Shown: positions 56,580 to 64,000, numbered from the stretch's first letter. The stretch: 64,000 nucleotides of DNA from Treponemataceae bacterium (GCA_036307825.1 JAXJWW010000104.1:10678-74677); one strand, 5' to 3'. Notes: generated by a model from the letters alone, not told the origin. Translations and numbers: made by a program.

Positions 56580-57327
56580 GAGCAATCACCTCTGCTGCAA
56601 GTTGTTTGTAACTTCTTGCTCCAAGACAAGCGGTATCATACATTGAAATTGGCAATCCGTGGGAAGGTGCTTCTGACAAGCGCACATTTCGTGGAATAAT
56701 TGTGTTAAAAACTGAATCTTTAAAATATGCTTTTACTTGGCTTACAACTTCATGAGCAAGACGAGTTCTTGAATCGTACATTGTAAAGAAAATTCCGCCA
56801 ATCACCAAATTTGGATTTATTGTTTTTTGCACTTTTTTTACAGTTTGTAAAAGCAAAGAAATTCCTTCAAGAGCAAAATATTCACATTGCATTGGAACTA
56901 AAACTGCATCTGCGGCGGCAAGTCCATTCAATGTTAAAATTCCCAAAGATGGTGGGCAATCTATCAAAATATAATCGTATTTATCTCTAAGAGGCTCTAA
57001 AACTTTTTTTAGATAAAATTCTCTATCCTCTTGGTCAACTAACTCAATAGCAGCACCAGACAAATCAATAGAAGCAGGAATTGCATCTAAATTTGCAACA
57101 GGAGTTTTCTTAATTGTCTGTTCAGCCGTGGCTTGTTCTGCCATCAATTCATAGATAGTTGGTTTTTCTTTTGAAAGTCCAACACCAGAAGACATATTTC
57201 CTTGAGAGTCAAAATCAACTAATAGTACCTTTTTTCCTGCTTCTGCAAGATAAGCACCCAAATTTACTACAGAAGTGGTCTTTCCTACACCACCTTTTTG
57301 ATTTACAAAAACATATATTTTTGCCAT
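56572..57327 (-). CDS. parA: chromosome partitioning ATPase ParA/Soj
   Basis: Deviant Walker A KGGVGKTT. 251 aa. Confidence 0.9.
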   Translation of the reverse strand: MAKIYVFVNQKGGVGKTTSVVNLGAYLAEAGKKVLLVDFDSQGNMSSGVGLSKEKPTIYELMAEQATAEQTIKKTPVANLDAIPASIDLSGAAIELVDQEDREFYLKKVLEPLRDKYDYILIDCPPSLGILTLNGLAAADAVLVPMQCEYFALEGISLLLQTVKKVQKTINPNLVIGGIFFTMYDSRTRLAHEVVSQVKAYFKDSVFNTIIPRNVRLSEAPSHGLPISMYDTACLGARSYKQLAAEVIARG

Positions 57328-57333
57328 ATATAT

Positions 57334-57342
57334 AGTATATCA
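57334..57342 (-). promoter_or_regulatory. extended -10 promoter, candidate leaderless start of parA
   Basis: TGaTATACT on the minus strand. 6-nt gap to ATG 57327. No SD. Confidence 0.5.
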
Positions 57343-57360
57343 TTTTTTTTTAATAAAGTA

Positions 57361-57366
57361 TATATT
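57361..57366 (+). promoter_or_regulatory. -10 box, candidate leaderless start of the methyltransferase gene
   Basis: TATATT. 6-nt gap to ATG 57373. No SD. No clear -35. Confidence 0.4.
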
Positions 57367-57372
57367 AGTTTT

Positions 57373-58548
57373 ATGGAAGATTTAAAACAAAATTTCAATC
57401 AAAAATACGCAGAAATTTCTCAAAATCTTGTTTCTGCAACATTTGCAAAGCCAACAGTGGATTCAAAATTCAATAAAATCAAAATTAATATAAATAACCA
57501 CAGTTTTTTTGTGCAAATGTACACTTCTACACAGGCTTTTCACAAGAATTTATCAAATGAAGAACTTAAAACTTTTTTACAAGAAAATATCGGCGTAAAT
57601 TTTAAGCATGTTTATATAGAAACAACTGATAAAAAATTCACTTTTTTAACAAATAAAAAAGGAAAAATCACTATTTTAGAAAACAGAAATAATAAAAATC
57701 CAGTTGTTCAAGAAAAAAATTCTTCAAATAACTCAAAAATAAAAAATTACATAATTCAAGAAGGAAAACCAGTTCCCTTTTTAGTTCACTTAGGAGTTAT
57801 GAATAAGGACGGGAAAGTTCTTGCACAAAAATACGATAAATTCAAACAAATAAATAGATTTTTAGAATACATAAAAGATATTTTGCCAGAAATAAACAAT
57901 GGACAAACTTTAAAAATAATCGACTTTGGTTGTGGAAAATCTTATCTCACTTTTGCAGTTTATCATTTTATTAATGAAATTGAAAAAATCCCAGTTGAAA
58001 TTATTGGATTAGATTTAAAAGATGATGTAATTACAATGTGTAATCTTTTAGCAAAAGAATTTGGATACAAAAATCTACATTTTTACAACGGAACAGTTGA
58101 AGATTATTTTGCAAAAATTGAAGATAAAAAATGCGATTTAGTTATTACACTTCACGCTTGTGATATAGCAACAGATTACGCAATTGCTTCTGCAATAAAA
58201 CAAAATTCAAAGGCAATTTTGTCAGTTCCTTGTTGCCAACATGAGTTAAATCAAAATTATAAGCAAAGTTCTAATCAGGCAATAAATCAAATGTTAAAAT
58301 ACGGAATCGTAAAAGAAAGATTTTTATCTTTAACAACTGATGTTATGCGATGCGAACTTTTAAAAGAAAAAGGTTATTCAACTCAACTTTTAGAATTTAT
58401 CGATGTAAGTCACACACCAAAAAATCTTTTAATTCGTGCCGTAAAAAAGAAAAATTTTGACCAAAGTGAAAGTTCTACATCAAGTGGCTACAAAGAAATT
58501 GCAAACTTAGTGAATCAAGATATTTGTCTTGCAAAACTTATGGAATAG
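57373..58548 (+). CDS. SAM-dependent methyltransferase
   Basis: Motif I IIDFGCGKSYL, post-I GLDL. Start moved to MEDLKQNF (the track ORF from 57298 overlaps parA). Confidence 0.65.
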   Translation: MEDLKQNFNQKYAEISQNLVSATFAKPTVDSKFNKIKININNHSFFVQMYTSTQAFHKNLSNEELKTFLQENIGVNFKHVYIETTDKKFTFLTNKKGKITILENRNNKNPVVQEKNSSNNSKIKNYIIQEGKPVPFLVHLGVMNKDGKVLAQKYDKFKQINRFLEYIKDILPEINNGQTLKIIDFGCGKSYLTFAVYHFINEIEKIPVEIIGLDLKDDVITMCNLLAKEFGYKNLHFYNGTVEDYFAKIEDKKCDLVITLHACDIATDYAIASAIKQNSKAILSVPCCQHELNQNYKQSSNQAINQMLKYGIVKERFLSLTTDVMRCELLKEKGYSTQLLEFIDVSHTPKNLLIRAVKKKNFDQSESSTSSGYKEIANLVNQDICLAKLME

Positions 58549-58570
58549 GAATTGAGTGGAAGATAAAATT
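58478..58570. repeat. direct repeat copy A (methyltransferase 3' end plus first codons of the NifU-like gene)
   Basis: 58478-58545 matches 59830-59897 at 59 of 68 positions. tggaagataaaatt at 58557-58570 matches 59943-59956. Confidence 0.85.
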
Positions 58571-58581
58571 CTTTAATAATA

Positions 58582-58761
58582 TCAATATTTTATAGATGGA
58601 TTTAACATTATTTCTGATGATTTACATCTTGGACATTTTGTAGTGTAAATTTTACTATCATTCAAAGTTAATCCCAATCTAGCAGAATATTTACCAATAA
58701 AAGAATGTTTACATTTTTTACATAAAAGAAATACAGTTTCATTTGGTAGAGTTTGTCGCAT
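58582..58761 (-). CDS. 59-aa zinc-ribbon protein
   Basis: MRQTLPNETVFLLCKKCKHS...TTKCPRCKSSEIML: CxxC-x26-CxxC. Just below the ORF-track cutoff. No clear SD. Confidence 0.35.
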   Translation of the reverse strand: MRQTLPNETVFLLCKKCKHSFIGKYSARLGLTLNDSKIYTTKCPRCKSSEIMLNPSIKY

Positions 58762-58818
58762 TAAAACGTCTATAATGTAATGGGCATTTTATACAAAAAT
58801 ACCCATTACAAGAATTAT

Positions 58819-59046
58819 TTATTTAAGTAATTTTTCAGCTGAATTTGCAAAACTTGTAAGTATTTTACCAACCAGCCCAAAGAAACTAAATTTGTCATCT
58901 CCAGATTCTGTACCCATCATAGAAGCTCTCATTTTCATTTCTTCAACTTTTAATAACGCATCTTCTTTATTCATTTCAAACTCTTCTCTAGAAAGAGGTT
59001 GTTTACCTTGTTTCAACATATTATTTCTGTAAGTATCATAATTCAT
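58819..59046 (-). CDS. hypothetical 75-aa protein with amphipathic C-terminal helix
   Basis: GGGGGA SD. Starts 12 nt after the upstream gene stop. C-terminus FSFFGLVGKILTSFANSAEKLLK. Confidence 0.5.
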   Translation of the reverse strand: MNYDTYRNNMLKQGKQPLSREEFEMNKEDALLKVEEMKMRASMMGTESGDDKFSFFGLVGKILTSFANSAEKLLK

Positions 59047-59058
59047 ATATTCCCCCTA

Positions 59059-59322
59059 TTATTTATTTTGATTACATTTAGAAATAATGGCGTTTGCCCT
59101 TCTCTCTAAATCACTATTTGGTGTTTTCTTCAACAATACTAAAGCTTTTTCCGCATAATTTTTTGCAGCAGCATAAGCCCTTTGAGATTTTATATAATGT
59201 GGTTGAGTTTCTTTTGTTATGGGATGTCCATTTTTATAGTACGCCCATTCTCTATCAGCCCTTGCTAATTGAGTTTCTGCAGAACTAACATATTGTTTAA
59301 TTAATGAAAACTCGTCTCTCAA
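59059..59322 (-). CDS. hypothetical 87-aa helical protein
   Basis: AAGGAGG SD 5 nt upstream of TTG 59322 (the track ORF starts at 59343). No motif recognised. Confidence 0.5.
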   Translation of the reverse strand: MRDEFSLIKQYVSSAETQLARADREWAYYKNGHPITKETQPHYIKSQRAYAAAKNYAEKALVLLKKTPNSDLERRANAIISKCNQNK

Positions 59323-59343
59323 AAAATCCTCCTTTATCCACAA

Positions 59344-59373
59344 TTGTAGTTTTATTTAAAATAAACACTACAA
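59344..59373. promoter_or_regulatory. candidate operator palindrome in the divergent XRE intergenic region
   Basis: TTGTAGT-N16-ACTACAA between the divergent small-protein operon and the XRE gene. Confidence 0.35.
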
Positions 59374-59434
59374 ATTAAGTATATTTATCATTATACACGA
59401 TATATGTCGTATTATCAAGTATTTTATACGTAAA

Positions 59435-59791
59435 ATGCAGTATTTTCACATTATGGATTCAGTTTTTAAACAGACTTTACGTGCTGAAATGGATTTTCAA
59501 GACATAAAAGTAAAAGAACTTGCAAACAGAACGGGTATATCTCAAAGAACATTAGAAGGATACTTAGGAAGTAGAGCTTCAATACCACCTGCAGATGTTG
59601 CGGTAAAAATTGCTAATGCCCTCAATGTCTCAGTTGAATACTTGGTTACAGGAAAAAACAATAATCTTTCTAATGTAGTTAGTAAAAATAACGAATTAGA
59701 TGAAAAAATTAAGAATCTATCTATAAACAAAAAACTTATATTGAAAGATTTTATTGATTTAATTGATAACTATGAAATTAATAAAACATAA
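59435..59791 (+). CDS. XRE-family HTH regulator
   Basis: IKVKELANRTGISQRTLEGYLGSRASIPPADVAVKIANALNVSVEYLV. True start may be ATG 59453. Confidence 0.75.
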   Translation: MQYFHIMDSVFKQTLRAEMDFQDIKVKELANRTGISQRTLEGYLGSRASIPPADVAVKIANALNVSVEYLVTGKNNNLSNVVSKNNELDEKIKNLSINKKLILKDFIDLIDNYEINKT

Positions 59792-59829
59792 CAAAATGAA
59801 CGTATCCTAAAAGTTATCCAGTATTGTTT

Positions 59830-59956
59830 CATCAAGTGGCTACAAAGAACTTGCAAAGTTGATGGAACAAGATATTTGTCTTGCAAAACTACTAGAAAGT
59901 AACATATACTGAGAATATATTTTAAATATCGAGGTTTTATAATGGAAGATAAAATT
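59830..59956. repeat. direct repeat copy B (orphan methyltransferase 3' end, spacer, start of the NifU-like gene)
   Basis: Encodes ...SSGYKELAKLMEQDICLAKLLE versus ...SSGYKEIANLVNQDICLAKLME in the intact gene. Confidence 0.85.
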
Positions 59957-60166
59957 AAAAGAGCTATTGAACATATCCGACCACAATTACAGGCTGACGG
60001 TGGAGATATCGAATTTGTAAAATTTGATGAAGAAGGCAAAGTTCATGTAAGATTAACTGGTGCTTGTGGAAGTTGCCCAATGGCAACAATGACATTAAAA
60101 TCTGGAGTAGAAGTTTTCTTAAAAGAAAATATTCCAGAAGTTACAGAAGTTGTTCAAGTTTTCTAA
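59942..60166 (+). CDS. NifU-like Fe-S cluster domain protein
   Basis: 74 aa. GGDIEFVKFDEEGKVHVRLTGACGSCPMATMTLK (CxxC). Confidence 0.8.
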   Translation: MEDKIKRAIEHIRPQLQADGGDIEFVKFDEEGKVHVRLTGACGSCPMATMTLKSGVEVFLKENIPEVTEVVQVF

Positions 60167-60189
60167 TTGAACCTTATCAATTTTTTATA

Positions 60190-60218
60190 TTGAAAATAAA
60201 TATTCTCCTTGCTATAAT
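60190..60218 (+). promoter_or_regulatory. consensus-like promoter, candidate leaderless start
   Basis: TTGAAA-17-TATAAT. 6-nt gap to ATG 60225. No SD. Confidence 0.6.
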
Positions 60219-60224
60219 GATTAT

Positions 60225-60935
60225 ATGAGTAAAAATATCATTTTAGCAGGGAAAGAATATTCCAAAAATTCTGATTTAGAAAAAATCGCACAAACTTTAG
60301 AATTAAATCCATTTGTTACAACTCAATTTTTTGAAGAAGCAAACACAAAAATTATTTCTACAAATACAACTTGGAACAGAAGTTCTCCGATTTCAGCACA
60401 TTCAGTAGTTATCAATGCAGAAAATTATTTTGGACAAATTGATGGTGCAGTTTTATTCTTTGATTCACTTGCTTATGATAAAATTTTTGTACATAACACC
60501 CTTGATGAATTTACTCGCGCCACAGATGAGTTAATTTTAGGATACAACTATCTTACTTTAGAACTTTTACGCAGATTTTCTGAACATAAACAAGGAAAAC
60601 TTTTTTTTGTAATTCAAAAACAAGAATCCCTTGCAGATAATTTGAAAAATCCACAAAAACAACAATCTCCTCAACAAAATTTAGGTTTGATTACAAGCAT
60701 GGCTCAAAGTGCCTTTAAATCATTTGCAGAAAATATCGCTGCTTTGAATTTTAATCCAAACGGAAATTTTGTTTATCTTTTAGAAGTTTCTTCTGAAGTT
60801 TCAGAAGAAGAAATTCTTTCCTGGATTTCAACAAAAATGCAAGAAAATTTGCCAGTTTACAAAAATCCTAAAAATGCTGTAACTTGGCAATCAACAGAAA
60901 ATAAAAGTAAATTTCAAATTCCTTTTATGAAATAG
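60225..60935 (+). CDS. hypothetical protein
   Basis: 236-aa ORF, 19 nt upstream of metF. No motif recognised. Confidence 0.5.
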   Translation: MSKNIILAGKEYSKNSDLEKIAQTLELNPFVTTQFFEEANTKIISTNTTWNRSSPISAHSVVINAENYFGQIDGAVLFFDSLAYDKIFVHNTLDEFTRATDELILGYNYLTLELLRRFSEHKQGKLFFVIQKQESLADNLKNPQKQQSPQQNLGLITSMAQSAFKSFAENIAALNFNPNGNFVYLLEVSSEVSEEEILSWISTKMQENLPVYKNPKNAVTWQSTENKSKFQIPFMK

Positions 60936-60954
60936 AAATTTTAGCGGAGAGAAT

Positions 60955-61839
60955 ATGAACACAAGTGAAATTTTCAAAAATAAAACAACATTTTCTTTTG
61001 AAGTTTTTCCACCTAAAAAAACAAGTCCAATAGAAACAATTTACAATACACTTGATGAACTTAAAAATTTAAAACCTGATTTTATCAGCGTAACTTTTGG
61101 TGCTGGCGGAAGTGAAAATTCAGAAACAACTCTTTCTATTGCAAACAGAATAAAAACAGTTTGTAATGTAGAAAGCGTAGTTCATCTTCCATGTATCAAT
61201 CTTACTAAAGAAGACGCAACTTCCTTGCTTACAGATTTTAGAGCAGCGGGAATTGAAAATATTCTTGCTTTACGGGGCGATAAAGTTGAAGGGAAAGAAC
61301 CTTGCAACGATTTTTTACACGCAAGTGATTTAATTCAATTTATAAAAGAATTTGATGCGTTAAATCAAGATAGTTCAGAACAAAGTTTTAACATCATCGG
61401 AGCTTGTTATCCAGAAGGGCATCCAGATTCACCTTCTCTTGTGGATGATATTAAAAATCTAAAAATAAAAGTTGATGCTGGAGCAAGTCATTTAATTTCT
61501 CAGTTATTTTTTGATAACAACTGTTTTTATGATTTTCTCGAAAAAACAAAACTTGCAGGAATCAATGTTCCAATTGAAGCGGGAATTATGCCTGTTGTAA
61601 ACAAAGCTCAAATTGAAAGAATGGTTAGTCGTTGTGGAGTTGTTCTTCCTAAAAAATATACAGCAATGATGGAAAAATATGGCGACAACGCTGAAGCAAT
61701 TAGAGATGCAGGAATTGCCTACGCAATCGACCAAATCGTAGATTTAGTAAGTCAGGGCGTAGATGGAATTCACCTTTACACAATGAATAATCCATTTGTT
61801 GCAAAAAAAATTACACAAGCAGTTGAATCATTGTTCTGA
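60955..61839 (+). CDS. metF: methylenetetrahydrofolate reductase
   Basis: FSFEVFPPKK N-terminus, SVTFGAGGS, LRGD and HLYTMN blocks. Confidence 0.85.
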   Translation: MNTSEIFKNKTTFSFEVFPPKKTSPIETIYNTLDELKNLKPDFISVTFGAGGSENSETTLSIANRIKTVCNVESVVHLPCINLTKEDATSLLTDFRAAGIENILALRGDKVEGKEPCNDFLHASDLIQFIKEFDALNQDSSEQSFNIIGACYPEGHPDSPSLVDDIKNLKIKVDAGASHLISQLFFDNNCFYDFLEKTKLAGINVPIEAGIMPVVNKAQIERMVSRCGVVLPKKYTAMMEKYGDNAEAIRDAGIAYAIDQIVDLVSQGVDGIHLYTMNNPFVAKKITQAVESLF

Positions 61840-61859
61840 TAGTAGTAAAATAGAACATT

Positions 61860-63563
61860 GTGCAATATTCAAATCCTTTAATCGTACAAAGCGACAAAAC
61901 TCTTTTACTTGATGTTCATGCTCCTTTAGCAGAAGAATGCAGAAACGCCCTTATTCCATTTGCAGAGTTAGAGCGTTCTCCGGAACATCTTCACACTTAT
62001 CGACTTTCTCCTCTTTCACTTTGGAATGCCAGTAGTGCAGGAATTTCTACAGAACAAATCATTGAGTCTTTAGAAAAATTTGCAAAATATGATGTTCCTC
62101 AAAGTATAAAAGATTGGATTGAAAATACTGCAAACAAATTTGGAAAAATCATCATCAAAGGAATTGAAAATGATTCCGGCGAAGAATACAAAAATTATCT
62201 TTACTTAGAAACTGCCACAAGTTTAATTTTCAAAGAACTTAGCGCAAATAAAACTTTATCAAAATATTTATTTCCTACAGAAAAAGAAAATACTTTTTTA
62301 ATTCAACTTACAGACAGAGGAACAATAAAACAAGAACTATTAAAATTATCCTGGCCTGTAAAAGATGAAGCTCCGTTAAAAGATGGAGAACCTTTAGAAA
62401 TCAAACTTAGACAAACTTGCAAATCTTCTGGCAAAGAATTTAAAGTTAGAGATTATCAAAAAGAAGCAGGACAGTCTGTAATTGGTGATAAAAGTGCTGG
62501 AACTGGTTTTGGAACAATTGTTCTTCCTTGCGGTTCTGGAAAAACTGTTGTTGGAATAAATATAATGTCAATGTTGCAAACAAATACATTGATTCTTACA
62601 ACAAATATTTCTGCCGTTCATCAATGGATTGCAGAGTTGCTAGACAAAACCGAATTAACAGAAGAGCAAATCGGAGAATACACTGGCGAAAATAAAACTA
62701 TCAAACCAGTTACAGTTGCAACTTATCAAATTTTAACTTGGCGTCCAGAAAAAGATGGAGAATATCCACACTTTCAATTATTCCGAGAAAATTCTTGGGG
62801 CTTGATTATTTACGATGAAGTTCATCTTCTTCCTGCTCCAGTTTTTAGAGTAACAGCAGAATTGCAAACAGTTCGTCGCGTAGGATTAACTGCAACTCTT
62901 GTTAGAGAAGACGGATGCGAAGGTCATGTTTTTTCTCTTGTTGGTCCAAAGCGATACGATGTTCCTTGGAAAGAATTAGAAGCGGCAAAATTTATCGCTA
63001 GTGCTGAATGTGTAGAAATTCGAGTTGATTTAGATAAAACGAAAGAAGTTGATTATGCAGTTGCAAATCAAAGAGAAAAATATAAAATTGCAAGTGTTAA
63101 TCAAAATAAATTTCCAGTTGTAAAAACTTTAGTAGAAAAATTTACCGAAGATAAAATTTTAGTTATTGGACAATATCTTGATCAACTTGATGAAGTTGCA
63201 AAACTTTTAGATGCTCCAATTATCACAGGAAAAACTTCTAATGCAGACAGAGATGTTCTTTACAAAAAATTCCGTGAAGGCGAAATTCGAGTTTTAGTTG
63301 TTTCAAAAGTTGCAAACTTTGCAATCGATTTACCAGATGCTTCAATTGCAATTCAAATTTCTGGAACTTTCGGAAGTAGACAAGAAGAAGCGCAACGACT
63401 TGGAAGAATTTTGCGACCAAAAGAAAGAACTTCAAGATTTTTTACTTTGATAACTCGAGATACTGTGGAAGAAAATTTTGGAGCAAATCGACAAAAGTTT
63501 TTAGCAGAACAAGGTTACGCTTACAAACTAATTCGTAATATTGAACAACTTGAGGAATTGTAA
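61860..63563 (+). CDS. XPB/Ssl2(ERCC3)-like SF2 DNA helicase
   Basis: N-terminal PLIVQSDKTLLLDV...PEHLHTYRLSPLSLWNA damage-recognition-like domain, Walker A CGSGKT, DEVH box, RED-like TATLVRED. GTG start. Confidence 0.75.
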   Translation: MQYSNPLIVQSDKTLLLDVHAPLAEECRNALIPFAELERSPEHLHTYRLSPLSLWNASSAGISTEQIIESLEKFAKYDVPQSIKDWIENTANKFGKIIIKGIENDSGEEYKNYLYLETATSLIFKELSANKTLSKYLFPTEKENTFLIQLTDRGTIKQELLKLSWPVKDEAPLKDGEPLEIKLRQTCKSSGKEFKVRDYQKEAGQSVIGDKSAGTGFGTIVLPCGSGKTVVGINIMSMLQTNTLILTTNISAVHQWIAELLDKTELTEEQIGEYTGENKTIKPVTVATYQILTWRPEKDGEYPHFQLFRENSWGLIIYDEVHLLPAPVFRVTAELQTVRRVGLTATLVREDGCEGHVFSLVGPKRYDVPWKELEAAKFIASAECVEIRVDLDKTKEVDYAVANQREKYKIASVNQNKFPVVKTLVEKFTEDKILVIGQYLDQLDEVAKLLDAPIITGKTSNADRDVLYKKFREGEIRVLVVSKVANFAIDLPDASIAIQISGTFGSRQEEAQRLGRILRPKERTSRFFTLITRDTVEENFGANRQKFLAEQGYAYKLIRNIEQLEEL

Positions 63564-64000
63564 ATGATAGAACGAAAAGAAAATCCACAAGTGCAAAAAA
63601 TAATTGAATGGCGTGAAACTCTTTCAGGAATGGAAAATCAACAATTTTTCAGTTTGATACATCTTTATCTTGGCGAAGTAAAAACTCCATACAACAAACA
63701 AAATTTAATTGAACAACTCAGCAGTTTTATTCGGAAAGAAGAAAATCAAAATTTGATTTTTAATATGCTTTCTGAAAATGATATTTTAATTTTAAACGCA
63801 ATTTATTTTATACAAAATTGTACACAAGAAAAATTATCAACTTTTTTTTCTGGCACTTTTAATTTTGCAAGTTTGTATGAATCTTTAATCAATCTTGAAG
63901 AACGATTATTAGTTTACAAAAAAATTGATTCAGAAAATAAAACTCATTGTTACAAAATAAATCCAATTCTTGAAAAAAAACTTTTATCAGTTTTAAAACT
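63564..64000 (+). CDS. hypothetical protein, partial (runs off window), translationally coupled to the XPB-like helicase
   Basis: ATG immediately follows the helicase TAA. Frame open for all 437 nt to the window edge. Not in the ORF track because there is no stop. Confidence 0.55.
   Translation, partial: MIERKENPQVQKIIEWRETLSGMENQQFFSLIHLYLGEVKTPYNKQNLIEQLSSFIRKEENQNLIFNMLSENDILILNAIYFIQNCTQEKLSTFFSGTFNFASLYESLINLEERLLVYKKIDSENKTHCYKINPILEKKLLSVLK

Noticed and set aside
55659-57400. Searched by eye for a parS site (TGTTNCACGTGAAACA-like) in and around parAB
   Set aside because: None was noticed. A proper pattern scan is required before concluding absence.
58777-58809. Hairpin GTAATGGG-N17-CCCATTAC between the 75-aa gene and the zinc-ribbon ORF, considered as a terminator
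   Set aside because: There is no U-tract on either strand. It may be a processing or stability element, but it cannot be called a rho-independent terminator.
1-64000. CRISPR arrays, rRNA/tRNA genes, IS elements, integrases and transposases
   Set aside because: No regularly spaced multi-copy repeats and no recombinase-like ORFs were seen. All direct repeats found are two-copy and derived from gene termini.

Overview
This is a 64-kb, visibly AT-rich chromosomal segment with about 75 protein-coding genes. I found no rRNA, tRNA, CRISPR array, transposase or integrase. The gene content looks spirochaete-like, possibly Treponema-like. That is an inference from gene families (MCP, HD-GYP, def-fmt followed by a PASTA protein, bacterial XPB helicase, TdeIII-sized REase), not a database result. 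Most of the window is housekeeping: tyrS, glnA, rpiA, a fused aroD/aroE, mnmG, proCBA, def-fmt, metF, parAB, pepF and an RluA-type pseudouridine synthase. It also carries envelope and secreted proteins, signalling genes (HD-GYP, class III cyclase, MCP) and transporters (GadC, NhaC, MATE, MntP). Accessory content comprises a gadBC acid-resistance pair, an adjacent convergent m5C-methyltransferase/restriction pair, an rtcB operon led by a small ORF and an XRE regulator, a PIF1/RecD-like helicase, a vapBC module, a 33-aa hydrophobic toxin-like ORF with convergent promoters, and a 1.26-kb XRE-plus-small-protein cassette. Three observations stand out. (1) Three small addiction/regulatory cassettes (0.44, 0.8 and 1.35 kb) are each bracketed by diverged direct duplications of the terminus of the neighbouring host gene, and none carries a recombinase. 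(2) At least 13 genes have a -10 hexamer exactly 6 nt (once 7 nt) upstream of the start codon and no Shine-Dalgarno sequence, which suggests widespread leaderless mRNAs. (3) The helicase gene is separated from a leaderless-type promoter and ATG by a T9 tract arranged like a +1 recoding or slippage site. All function calls rest on motifs read by eye in the supplied translations. No searches were run.
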